Shown: positions 25,901-39,314 of the stretch, in pieces
Layout of the letters: every line of letters begins with the position of its first letter
How positions within the stretch are numbered: the stretch's first letter is position 1
NCBI GenBank assembly: GCA_040285825.1
Contig: JAUPSS010000001.1
Span: 2,914,001-2,978,000, forward strand
Reading direction: 5' to 3'
DNA: 64,000 nt
Source of the DNA: Eukaryota sp. TZLM1-RC
Lineage: Eukaryota > Protista > Metamonada: BaSk clade
Notes under the pieces: model-generated
What the model saw: only the letters and a program-made list of their open reading frames with translations
Databases searched by the model: none
What the model was told of the DNA's origin: nothing
Position numbers and translations under genes: made by a program

Positions 25901-28543
25901 CCAACTGCAACTCCCGTTTATACTTTTTCCAGCACCCCAAGATGCCCCGCTTAGACTACCTTCCCGAAGTCATGCCCCTGAACGCTCATCCCATTATCCT
26001 CAACTATATTCATCCTAGCGTCACACTAGGGACTCTGATTGACCACGCGCATATTTTCCATTTGATTCCCCTCCCTATTCACATGGCCCTTTTCAGCTGG
26101 GAAAGAAACCGTCACCTCACCCACCGATACCACCTCCGAATCAATCAATCGTACTTGAACAACGATCCACCACCGTCGTACTACCCCAGCCTCTGGAAAC
26201 GCGCCGATCAAAGTAGTCGCTGCTTTCACGATTCGACCCCTCCTCCTTGCTGCCCCAGAGAATGTTCCAACTCTCCCAAGTGTGACCACTTCCCTTGGGC
26301 TCCCGACATGCATACTGACAGCCCCTTTGGTGAACAGCTATATGACTTCTGCTTACTCCCTACCGTCCTGACGTACTCCGACCTGAAACCTTCTCCAAGA
26401 CGTCCCGCCCTAGGCAACCGCCAACTTTTCCCCGACCCCTTTTACGCCGACTGCACCTTACCTTCATTTCGAGACATCACCTTCTTCATTCCCCTTTGCC
26501 TACTCAAGCCCAAGATCCACCTAGTTTACCACTACGACGAAGACGAGACTACTCCCTGCCCCATAGCCATTCCATGCCTGGAAATGGTTCATGGCCAGCA
26601 GATAGACCTTCATGATAGAAGAATCTACTATCACTATTTGCCGCTGGACTATCATTCGGTCTTCGAATCTAAAGACGAACCGCAATTCATACTCGAAGCA
26701 TCTTACATTTGCTCTCACTTCGAAGACATCCGCTCCCTTTTGTTTGATGACCCTACTCAATACCACTCCCGTCTCGACTTCGTTGAACGAGATAAAGTCC
26801 TAGAAATCATTGATTATAGTGATGGTCGTCAGGCCTCCATTAATGTAAATCGCTCCCCAGATGATCCCCCTACTATATGTAGTTCTCGCTTCCACTTGCC
26901 CACTCGCAGAGAGATCTTTGAACTCCACCCGGAAGTATTTGATCATCCCCGTTTCCTCCGTTCCCAGTTCATGTCTGAAGATGATGATCATGATCGAAGA
27001 TTCAGTTCTCGTTCAGCTATGATGGATATTTCTTCTGACACCGACTGTGACAGCAATGTACAGATTGTTTCAACTATTACTGCCGCCACTCCCGACGACT
27101 CCTGTTAGTTCTCTGCTAGTTCTGATCACCTTCCGCCCGCTCCCAGAAGTTCCCCTGCGCAAGCCGTACTGGATAAATTATTCATAGCTCAGCAGAAACT
27201 CTCCGACGACGATCCCCTTTTCACTTCTTGTAAAATTGACCCTCAGTCATACCTGAAGCTAACTTCGGATCACAAAATTCCAGTGCCGCCGATTCTGCGT
27301 CCTGAGATATTTTTGCTCATTCATGGAGCAACCGAAGCTGGTCATGCTCCTCTTGATAACTGCTGGAAAAGGCTGAGGTCTTCCGACTATTATTGGCCTT
27401 CCATGAAATCTGATCTAGTCACCCATTTCAAGAACTGCATTCCCTTTCAGAAAACCGCCCCTGTGATTTCCCAATCCATCCCACCTACTGGATCCCTCAA
27501 CTCCGCCAAACGAACCTTCGAGTACCTGCATTGTGATAGCATAGGTCCTCTTGCTCCTGATGTAGCTGGATTCAAGTACATCATCCATTTCGTGGACGCC
27601 TTTTCTAAATTCAGCATTCTAGTTCCCTCCCGCGATGTTAAGGCCCAAACCGTAGTCGATGCCCTCTTCGCTCATGTGTTTTCTGTATTCGGCACGCCTA
27701 AATCAATCCACTCAGATAATGGCCCTGAGTTCTCTAATCGGATCTTTGCCTTGATGTGTTCTTATTTGAATATTGAACACACCTTCTCAATTCCTCACTT
27801 TCACCAGTCTAATGGATTGGTTGAACGGCAGCATCGAACCTTTCTCCAGGCTCTCCGGAAGTTATTGCTCGACTTTTCTGATTACGATAATTGGTCTCAT
27901 TACGTCCCAATCTGCCAGATGCTAATCAACTCTCAACATCGCTCCTCTCGAGACCTCTCCACGTTTGCTCCCTCATACTATCCTAGATCGCCTATCCTTC
28001 GTATTTCATGAACCAGATATTCCAGAATATATCCTCCATACTGCCTCCTTAACTGACCAGCTAACTCGTTCTTGGGCCTCCGTGATCTCCGCTTCCAAGA
28101 ACACATCTACGGCAACTCCTCTCAGATACTCTCCCCAGGTTAACGATCGAGTTGTTGTTCTGCGCGAGAAGCCAGACAAGCTCCATGGCCGCTACGTGGG
28201 TCCATACATCATTCAAAAAATCTTATCCTCTAGTTCAGTCCTCGTGCTCAATCCCGTGACCCGTTCGAAGCTCAAAACTTCTACCCACTTGATCAAGCCC
28301 TGCTATTCCTCGTTACCCCAATCCGTCCTAGACGCATATGTAGCTGCTGACTCCGGCAAAATTTTCCTAGACGCCATCTTAGACATTTTCCAGGAAATCG
28401 CCACCATCCTGTAATCTGACGGAACCACTACCAAACAACCGGTTTCTTCTGTAAAGAACACCTCCGCCTACTTTCGCTATATAAAGCTATCTGATCCTCC
28501 TGCTCCAAAAAAACGCGGAGGAAAGAAGAAGAGGCAGTGTTAG
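22957..28543 (+). pseudogene. pol: protease, RT, RNase H, unknown insert, integrase, degenerate chromodomain-like tail
   Basis: VDTGAT; LDLPKAFWQ, YVDD; TDASD, KELFAI, CDH, WADYLSR; H..GH..YYWP, CDSIGP, SDNGPEF, SNGLVER, GPY. In-frame stops at 24478, 27106, 28412; frameshift near 27960. Confidence 0.92.
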
Positions 28544-28709
28544 CCAGGCTAAACTCCTCCTTCCAATTTCGGAAAGTATGACGTGATGTACCACGTCATC
28601 TTTAGTTTAAATTTGTTTTTGTTTAATTTAGTTTTGATTTTCTATCGCTGTTCCATAAACATCCGTTTTATTTTAGTTAATGGAAAACCAACGTGCACTG
28701 AAGCCAACA
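28538..28709 (+). repeat. 3' LTR (172 bp)
   Basis: Follows a polypurine tract; repeat of 21408-21577. Confidence 0.95.
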
Positions 28710-28713
28710 AAGT

Positions 28714-29230
28714 GATGTCTGTTGACCCTTTTATTGTCTCAAATGAAAGACTTGCTTATTCTGAAATTCTTAATTTCCGAAGAAAATGGCCAAATGATGA
28801 AATTGGATATACAAAAACATATCAAAACTATTATTATAAGACTCTGTTTTAGTTCAACTTTAATCATATATTTCGATCTACAAATCCTCTTATCACTAGG
28901 TCTTTGGCTTAGAAGTTTAATCAACTACGAGCAAAAGTCTTGTCACAATTACTAGGGTGTAGAATGATCCAAATTCCTGATCATGCTTATCTTACTCCAC
29001 ATTATTACGGTTTAGGTTGGACAAAGGCTTCTATTCTTATTTCATGTACATTCATAGGTGGATGCAGAAATGCAATATTTGAGTTCAAAAATTGATGTAG
29101 AAAAATGGAGTCGATGCTTTTCCCAATCATTCAATTGCAATATTCCAGAAAAGAATCTTTTAAATTAAAAATACAATCTTCGAACATTACAGAAACGATT
29201 GACTGGAATGTATGAAAATGATCTTTTCTC
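28714..29230 (+). mobile_element. Mosaic of family D and internally deleted family A fragments
   Basis: VMSVDP, then IIRLCFSS and IPDHAYL segments matching 15530-16030. Confidence 0.75.
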
Positions 29231-29520
29231 ATGTTTGGCCAGTAGAAATCGCTTTTGGAAAGTTTATAAAGACTTTCGTTTTTGCTTAGGTGGTCTGATT
29301 GGGTTAAACCATGTATGAGGTTGAGTGCCGTTTTGCTCAGTTTGGCCGAAATTATCATTTTATTATTATCAATTAACCAGATCTCTGTGTTTTTGCATAG
29401 AGTAGCGTTCTTGAATAATGGATCATTATTGCTAATGGCTAGTTGTTGCTCTGATCTAACTTTTGAGTGCCAATTTGAAAAAATGGGTAAATTTGGGTGC
29501 TTTGCAACTAATAGAACGAT
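29230..29520 (-). mobile_element. Fragment of a second, AT-rich gypsy family (integrase N-terminus)
   Basis: NNDPLF..LNLIHGLTQSDH..SDFYWPNM aligns with DDDPLF..LLIHGATEAGH..SDYYWPSM of the complete element. Confidence 0.75.
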
Positions 29521-29524
29521 AAAT

Positions 29525-31090
29525 TATTAAATTGCCCAAGTGTTTCATTATTGGTAATCAGCATGCGGAGGTGGCATTTAATGAAACTTTTATCAAATAC
29601 GTTGATTACGAGGAAGATGCTATTCGGTTTCTTGGATCTTATTTTGGAAATAGTGAAAAAGTTAAATCGATTTTGTCAGGTATTTTGGAAAAAATCGAAG
29701 AGCAACTTTTGGCTATTGAAGATCTAGAAATTGACAAACATTTAGCGTTTTCGGTCCTAAATGTGTGTTTTGGATCAAAAATTAATCACCTTCTTCGTTC
29801 TTTATCTCCCACAATTTCTCATGATTTTGCACGTCAATTCAATACTTTGAGAACAAATTTCTTAGGAAATTTAGTAGAAGTTTGTCCATCAAAAATTCCT
29901 TATCATGCATTTTTTAGTCCTAAATTTGGTGGAGTTGGTTTTTCAAAAGCAGAGTATTTATGCAAAAGTGCTTTTTATTGGTGGTATGAAAAATTTTCTT
30001 TTTGAATGGAAACTTCGTTTTGATCATATTCCTTTAAATGAATCACATCCTTTATTAATTTCTCTTGAAAAAATGGTGCAAGAACTACCTGTTGATATTT
30101 GGAATAGGAGTTTTCCTTCAAGTTTACCTGCTGTGCCTTCGAGATCTTTCACCAACCTTCATCTTGCTGTTGTGAAATTACAGAAGTCTGTTCTTATTGG
30201 TTTTGAAGACCTGGATTTTTCTAAACGACTTAGTGTGACTAAGATTAATAATCCCGTCTTTGCTGCCTTTTTTAGCAGACATTCAGAACTGTACTAGTTT
30301 AATATCTCAGCAACCAAGGCCATTTGGTCTTCACTTAACAAATGAAGCTTGGAAACAAAACATGCGGTTGAGATTAGGGATGTATCCAAGTGGTCTTTTG
30401 GACAATTCTTATTGTATTTGTAACAAAAACCTACTGCCAATTTTCGTCATATTGTGAGCTGTAAGAAATTTCTCCAATATAGGTCAGTTCTTCATAATGC
30501 CGTTCGTGATGTGACATATGAGATGTTCAAGTGTTACAATTTTAGTTGCAAAGTAGAACCTTTGTTGAAGCATTATAGTGATGATAATCTTTTTAATTCA
30601 CGTCGAGGTGATTTAATTGCTCCATTTGTGGATTCCTCTCAAGTTGTTGTTGATTTCACTACAGTTGATCCCTTTGCTTTGGTTTATCGCGATGATGTTT
30701 TACTTAGTACTAATGGCCATTTAAACAAGGCTGAAGATCGTAAGAGAGATAAATATACTGAGATATTAAATGATTTAAATAAGAACCTTTATTCGAAGTT
30801 TTCGTTTGTTCCTTTTGCCTTTTCGATTTTTGGCAACATTGGACAATCCGCCATGAATTTCATCAATGATTTTGGTAATTTATGTCGTTCAAGTGGTAAG
30901 AATTTTGCAGAGAATTTATGGAAAAATCGTATCATTTTCGTTTTGTACAGAAGTGTTCCCAAGTACTTGAGTTTAATGATGTCTAAACTTTATAAGGATT
31001 CATCAAGAGTTGGCGTGGAGAATTTAGTTTCTTATGTGTTTTAGTTTGTTTTGTTTTTATTTGATTCTTTATATAAATAAATTATTAATA
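29525..31090 (+). mobile_element. 5'-truncated CRE-like element, family C (RT C-terminus + RLE), frameshifted
   Basis: IRFLGSYFG, INHLLRS, FGGVGF, MRLRLG, LHNAVRD, VEP, RRGD, VVDFT, EDRKRDKY, FVPFAFS. Confidence 0.9.
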
Positions 31091-31091
31091 A

Positions 31092-32531
<1,440 letters not shown>

Positions 32532-32793
32532 TTCTTGTAATTTAAATTTAATAAACTTTGTTAAATTCTTTTGTGTATTTGTAATAGCTGATATGTGTAG
32601 GAATCCCTTATAATGTAATGTATTTTGTTGACTTGAAACATCATCTTTGAAGTTGATGTTCATGCTATCCAACATCCTAGGTCAAAAAGGCTTTGTTTTC
32701 TCCAATTGTTGAAGTCCAGGGAACCAGGCATCAACGAAAACTATTTCATCTATAATGCTAATAGACAGTATGAGAACCATAGAAGGATGTACG

Positions 32794-35700
32794 AGATTCT
32801 CAGATGAAGCAGAAACTTTTTTGAATGACTTCCAAAAGATGGTGCAAGAAAAAACAATGAAAAGATTTGATATTTTTGTATGGCGTTCACGGATTCAATT
32901 GCCATTATTAATAGATTACCTCGGTTTTTCAATCGAATAAGAGAAGCTTTAGCTAGACAGCAAGCAGATCAAGATTTTGTAGAGGAAATCTTGGTTCAAT
33001 GATAGTCGTCCCATTAGTTATGAGTTAATATAATTAAGTGTGCAAATTCAATAAATATAATATCTAGCAGAAAAGAAGTGCAATTGAGAGCTGGAGATGA
33101 TGTTTCTATACAGATGGTTTTCATTTTAGACTTTGGAATTAGTAATCATTTCATCAATGAAATGCAGTTATTGCTCTTGCTGAAACTTCAAAAGGAAATG
33201 ATTGAACCAAAAAATCTAAATTTGATAATTGCAAATTAGTACTTTTTAATATATGTCTTCTATATAAATATTGTTTTATCAGAACTGTCTCTCTTCTTCA
33301 TTGATCATTGAGATAAGATTTAAATCATGTTTTACTCAGTCATAACCAAAGGAAAATTGACATAATTATTTGTGTGATGAAGCAATCCACAGTAAACATC
33401 ATAATGACTTAGGAAATAAGCAAGAGGTCAAAAAAAATATTTAAAATTGAATAATGTCTCTATTTGGTGTATTGTATATTTCAGGCATTTGATGACTTGG
33501 TCAACTATACAATGTGTGACACAACGTAGCAGGTCCAGGTTGACCTATTGAGCACACACGCGACAGTAGTTTAGGCATCAAACATTTTCTGACAGATTTT
33601 CCATCGATAAATGTTATCTTCACAGGTAATACATTCAACCAAGAATTAATTGCAAACTTCCTGATTCTAGGAGGTTTATCAATCAACATGGCCAACTAAT
33701 GATTATCAATCATTTTTTCTGAGTTTAATATGACATTGTTCAGTGAAGATTGTACTTCACACTCCATAAATCTGTCACTCCTGTTTTGAATTTCATCATT
33801 TTCAAATTTGGGTATTTATCAATTTTATTTCTTTCTTCTGCACAAACTGCAAGGATATCGTGTATCAAAGTCCCCCTGGTTGAAGGAAACACTTTCTCTG
33901 AATAATTTTGGTTCTGATGATAGAGGTGATGTATACTGTGATTGGATTGATAATTCTGAAGCTATTGTTGACTTTGTCTAGTGTAATGTTGCAAATGATA
34001 CTGTGGTTCACAGAAGAAAACTTAATCCTGTGACTGCTCTTGATTTTAAAGCAAAAGAGAAACATAGAAAATATGATAAAGATATTGAAGAGGCTAATGC
34101 CGATAGAAATACACAGCTGGTTTTTATTGCTTTCCCATTTTCGATAAATGGAAGATTCTCAGATGAAGCAGAAACTTTTTTGAATGACTTCCAAAAGATG
34201 GTGCAAGAAAAAACAATGAAAAGATTTGATATTTTTTTATGGCGTTCACGGATTCAATTTGCCATTATTAATAGATTACCTCGGTTTTTCAATCGAATAA
34301 GAGAAGCTTTAGCTAGACAGCAAGCAGATCAAGATTTTGTAGAGGAAATCTTGGTTCAATGATAGTCGTCCCATTAGTTATGAGTTAATATAATTAAGTG
34401 TGCAAATTCAATAAATATAATATCTAGCAGAAAAGAAGTGCAATTGAGAGCTGGAGATGATGTTTCTTTACAGATGGTTTTCATTTTAGACTTTGGAATT
34501 AGTAATCATTTCATCAATGAAATGCAGTTATTGCTCTTGCTGAAACTTCAAAAGGAAATGATTGAACCAAAAAATCTAAATTTGATAATTGCAAATTAGT
34601 ACTTTTTAATATATGTCTTCTATATAAATATTGTTTTATCGGAACTGTCTCTCTTCTTCACTGATCATTGAGATAAGATTTAAATCATGTTTTACTCAGT
34701 CATAACCAAAGGAAAATTGACATAATTATTTGTGTGATGAAGCAATCCACAGTAAACATCATAATGACTTAGGAAATAAGCAAGAGGTCAAAAAAAATAT
34801 TTAAAATTGAATAATGTCTCTATTTGGTGTATTGTATATTTCAGGCATTTGATGACTTGGTCAACTATACAATGTGTGACACAACGTAGCAGGTCCAGGT
34901 TGACCTATTGAGCACACACGCGACAGTAGTTTAGGCATCAAACATTTTCTGACAGATTTTCCATCGATAAATGTTATCTTCACAGGTAATACATTCAACC
35001 AAGAATTAATTGCAAACTTCCTGATTCTAGGAGGTTTATCAATCAACATGGCCAACTAATGATTATCAATCATTTTTTCTGAGTTTAATATGACATTGTT
35101 CAGTGAAGATTGTACTTCACACTCCATAAATCTGTCACTCCTTTTTTGAATTTCATCATTTTCAAATTTGGGTATTTATCAATTTTATTTCTTTCTTCTG
35201 CACAAACTGCAAGGATATCGTGTATCAAAGTGCCCCTGGTTGAAGGAAACACTTTCTCTGAATAATTTTGGTTCTGATGATAGAGGTGATGTATACTGTG
35301 ATTGGATTGATAATTCTGAAGCTATTGTTGACTTTGTCTAGTGTAATGTTGCAAACGATACTTTGGTTCACAGAAGAAAACTTAATCCTGTGGCTGCTCT
35401 GGATTTTAAAGCAAGAGAGAAACATAGAAAATATGATAAAGACATTGAAGAGGCAAATGTCGATAGAAATACACAGCTCGTTTTTATTGCTTTCCCATTT
35501 TCGATAAATGGAAGATTATCAGTTGAAGCAGAAACTTTTTTGGATGACTTCCAAAAGATGGTGCAAGAAAAAACAATGAAAAGATTTGATATTTTTTTAT
35601 GGCGTTCACGGATTCAATTTGCCATTATTAATAGATTACCTCGGTTTTTCAATCGAATAAGAGAAGCTTTAGCTAGACAGCAAGCAGATCAAGATTTTGT

Positions 35701-37142
35701 AGAGGAAATCTTGGTTCAATGATAGTCGTCCCATTAGTTATGAGTTAATATAATTAAGTGTGCAAATTCAATAAATATAATATCTAGCAGAAAAGAAGTG
35801 CAATTGAGAGCTGGAGATGATGTTTCTTTACAGATGGTTTTCATTTTAGACTTTGGAATTAGTAATCATTTCATCAATGAAAATGCAGTTATTGCTCTTG
35901 CTGAAACTTCAAAAGGAAATGATTGAACCAAAAAATCTAAATTTGATAATTGCAAATTAGTACTTTTTAATATATGTCTTCTATATAAATATTGTTTTAT
36001 CGGAACTGTCTCTCTTCTTCATTGATCATTGAGATAAGATTTAAATCATGTTTTACTCAGTCATAACCAAAGGAAAATTGACATAATTATTTGTGTGATG
36101 AAGCAATCCACAGTAAACATCATAATGACTTAGGAAATAAGCAAGAGGTCAAAAAAAATATTTAAAATTGAATAATGTCTCTATTTGGTGTATTGTATAA
36201 TTCAGGCATTTGATGACTTGGTCAACTATACAATGTGTGACACAACGTAGCAGGTCCAGGTTGACCTATTGAGCACACACGCGACAGTAGTTTAGGCATC
36301 AAACATTTTCTGACAGATTTTCCATCGATAAATGTTATCTTCACAGGTAATACATTCAACCAAGAATTAATTGCAAACTTCCTGATTCTAGGAGGTTCAT
36401 CAATCAACATGGCCAACTAATGATTATCAATCATTTTTTCTGAGTTTAATATGACATTGTTCAGTGAAGATTGTAGTTCACACTCCATAAATCTGTCACT
36501 TCTTTTTTGAATTTCATCATTTTCAAAATTGGGTATTTATCAATTTTATTTCTTTCTTCTGCACAAACTGCAAGGATATCGTGTATCAAAGTCCCCCTGG
36601 TTGAAGGAAACACTTTCTCTGAATAATTTTGGTTCTGATGATAGAGGTGATGTATACTGTGATTGGATTGATAATTCTGAAGCTATTGTTGACTTTGTCT
36701 AGTGTAATGTTGCAAATGATACTGTGAATTCACAGAAGAAAACTTAATCCTGTGACTGCTCTTGATTTTAAAGCAAAAGAGAAACATAGAAAATATGATA
36801 AAAATATTGAAGAGGCTAATGCCGATAGAAATACACAGCTGGTTTTTATTGCTTTCCCATTTTCGATAAATGGAAGATTCTCAGATGAAGCAGAAACTTT
36901 TTTGAATGACTTCCAAAAGATGGTGCAAGAAAAAACAATGAAAAGATTTAATATTTTTTTATGGCGTTCACGGATTCAATTTGCCATTATTAATAGATTA
37001 CCTCGGTTTTTCAATCGAATAAGAGAAGCTTTAGCTAGACAGCAAGCAGATCAAGATGTTGTAGAGGAAATCTTGGTTCAATGATAGTCGTCCCATTAGT
37101 TATGAGTTAATATAATTAAGTGTGCAAATTCAATAAATATAA
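32794..37142 (+). repeat. Tandem array, about 3.2 x 1.36-kb units (family A RLE 3' end + about 780-bp spacer)
   Basis: GATAGTCGTC recurs at 33001, 34361, 35721, 37083 (periods 1360, 1360, 1362). Confidence 0.97.
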
Positions 37143-39314
37143 TATTTCTTTCTACAACCATTTGGGTCAATCAACTTTTTTATTGGATTAAATTTCCGTT
37201 TCCAATTAGATCTTTTTTGTTTCATTATTTCAAATAGATTAGAAGGACTTTTGCAAAAAGTGGTATTCTTGAATCTGACATTCCTTCAATAAGGTTAGAT
37301 CGGAAAAACCTACACCACCCTTACATTTGAGCAAACACATATAAGCTGAATTTTTTTTCATTCATTTAGAAGGAGTTCTAGTGAGACCCAGCCAATATTT
37401 CAACGTTCTACTCAATAAAGTAATATTAGTTTCAATAAATGGGATTGGTAATTCATGTACTTGTAAATACCAACGCAAGAACTGTGAAAAGCATAATTCA
37501 AGCATAATTTTTTCTTTCATAGTGGGACTTGATTCTGGAGATGTTTTATCTTCAATCTTTGACAAAACATAATTGAAACTACTAAGAGCAATACCAGCAT
37601 TTGTTAGGTATTATCTACTTCACACACTGAACCACTCCTCTTTGTTTATCAATGGAGGAAGTTCGAAATCATTAATTTTTGAGAACAGAAGGTCACTTAG
37701 ATATTTGTGTATGAATCACGAATGGTTGCTAGGGACTTATTTATAATGGTATCAGTAAACGTGATCATGTGATGTCAAAATGTTGGTGATTGTTGAGATA
37801 CAACCAACTATATTATGTTGTGTTTTAAGTACAACACAAAGAAAGCAGTGGTTACTGATGAAACAGCGTACGGAACTCATGACACTGCTTCCGAAGATAG
37901 ACAGCGATGTAGATGGTACCAACTAACTTAGTTATAGAAACTTAGAAGAAAACCAGAATTTATTGACATTGAGGTCAAACATCATCTATGGTTAATGAAG
38001 ATTGAAAAGAAATAAATCAGTGACCGCAATGCGGAGTTAGCAATCTGCATAAGAACAAGTGGTCAAAGCATATGTTCACACACATGCAATAATGCACAGG
38101 TTCATCAAGAGTGGCGCGGTTATCATCATTAAAACACTGAGAAGGTCTAAAACATACAGAAGTGGAGATTATCCTACAGATCTATGTTACACAAATGGTG
38201 TAGATAATGAGGCAACTTTTCTCGAATTTTGGTTGAATGATAATAGACTTTCTTTAGTCTCTGTACTTAAGAAACTATAAACCTTGATTTGCCTTGTCAT
38301 GAGATTTATGACAAATAGCTTCTGTTTCAATGACTTTTGCAGTTGAAAGGTCATGGTTTCATCACATTTTCAATATTATTCTAAGATCTGTTCTCAGGGG
38401 TTTCAAATAGGCAGCTTTGTAATGACAGTTTTTCTTTGACAACGGATATTTGTGGAGCTTTCAACAGGTTGTTCTTTAATTTCATTATGTTTATAGGACG
38501 CCGACAAGTCATATTTTTGAATGTATATATGCCTATCACATCATAGGATGCGTGTGTTTTCCTCAAATATTAATAATATCCTTTTTAACCTTTTATTGGT
38601 ACTCTTTCAATGCCTTTATTTGAAACTGTGATGTTGTTCTTTTATTTTTCTTCATGTATTTTAGGTTTAATTCTTGTTTTAAATAAAATTTCAGTATAGA
38701 AATGCATTTTCAATATGCAAAATGCGTTTTATTAACATAAAACATTTTTCCTATTAACAGTCAACGTAAATACTGAGCTTGAAACACTTTCAGGTCCCCG
38801 CATACGGTGTTTCTATAGATTTTGTAAATTCAGAAAACCCACAGAAGGTTATGTTTCTGAGATCACCTCTATGCTGGAGAAACTACGAAATCTACCAAGC
38901 TAAGGTTGAAGTTGATCTTATGGACAGTTAAACTTATTTTTGTAACTTCCACACATTTTGTGGCTCTTGTTGTATCAAACAAACAGTTGAATTTATTGTC
39001 TAAAATAACTATACAGTGGTTTTCCTTGTTTTTTATTTTGTATTTTGTGATAAATTCTCTTAAATGGACTTTTTAAACAAATAGAAATACGTCATGTCAA
39101 TAAGACAAAAAATCAGTATTTATTCTATTTGTTGTTGAGGAGAACCATGATTTACATAAAATCTTTTAGATAGCCACCATTAGCAGTAGCTACCTGATAG
39201 CTGTCTTGGGGCGAAAAGAGGGTTGGGTATAGAGGATTTGATAAAAGAAAGTAATTTACAATTATGTGCACAATTCTGTGACAGCAATAGAACTTCTGGA
39301 CATTACAATAATGC

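Larger units (their letters stand above)
21408..28709 (+). mobile_element. Complete Ty3/gypsy LTR retrotransposon (7.3 kb) with in-frame stops
   Basis: Two TGTT..AACA LTRs, TSD AAGT (21404-21407, 28710-28713), PPT about 28517-28537, domain order gag-PR-RT-RH-IN. Confidence 0.97.

Noticed and set aside
21548-28543. TAA/TAG reassigned to Gln in this organism
   Set aside because: Tubulin and AP3D1 end at TAA and long host ORFs have no internal TAR codons.
32794-37142. CRISPR-like or spliced-leader array
   Set aside because: Units are 1.36 kb with near-identical spacers; no SL-RNA features recognised.
37845-37920. Hammerhead-like CTGATGA
   Set aside because: No stem II plus GAAA core could be formed.
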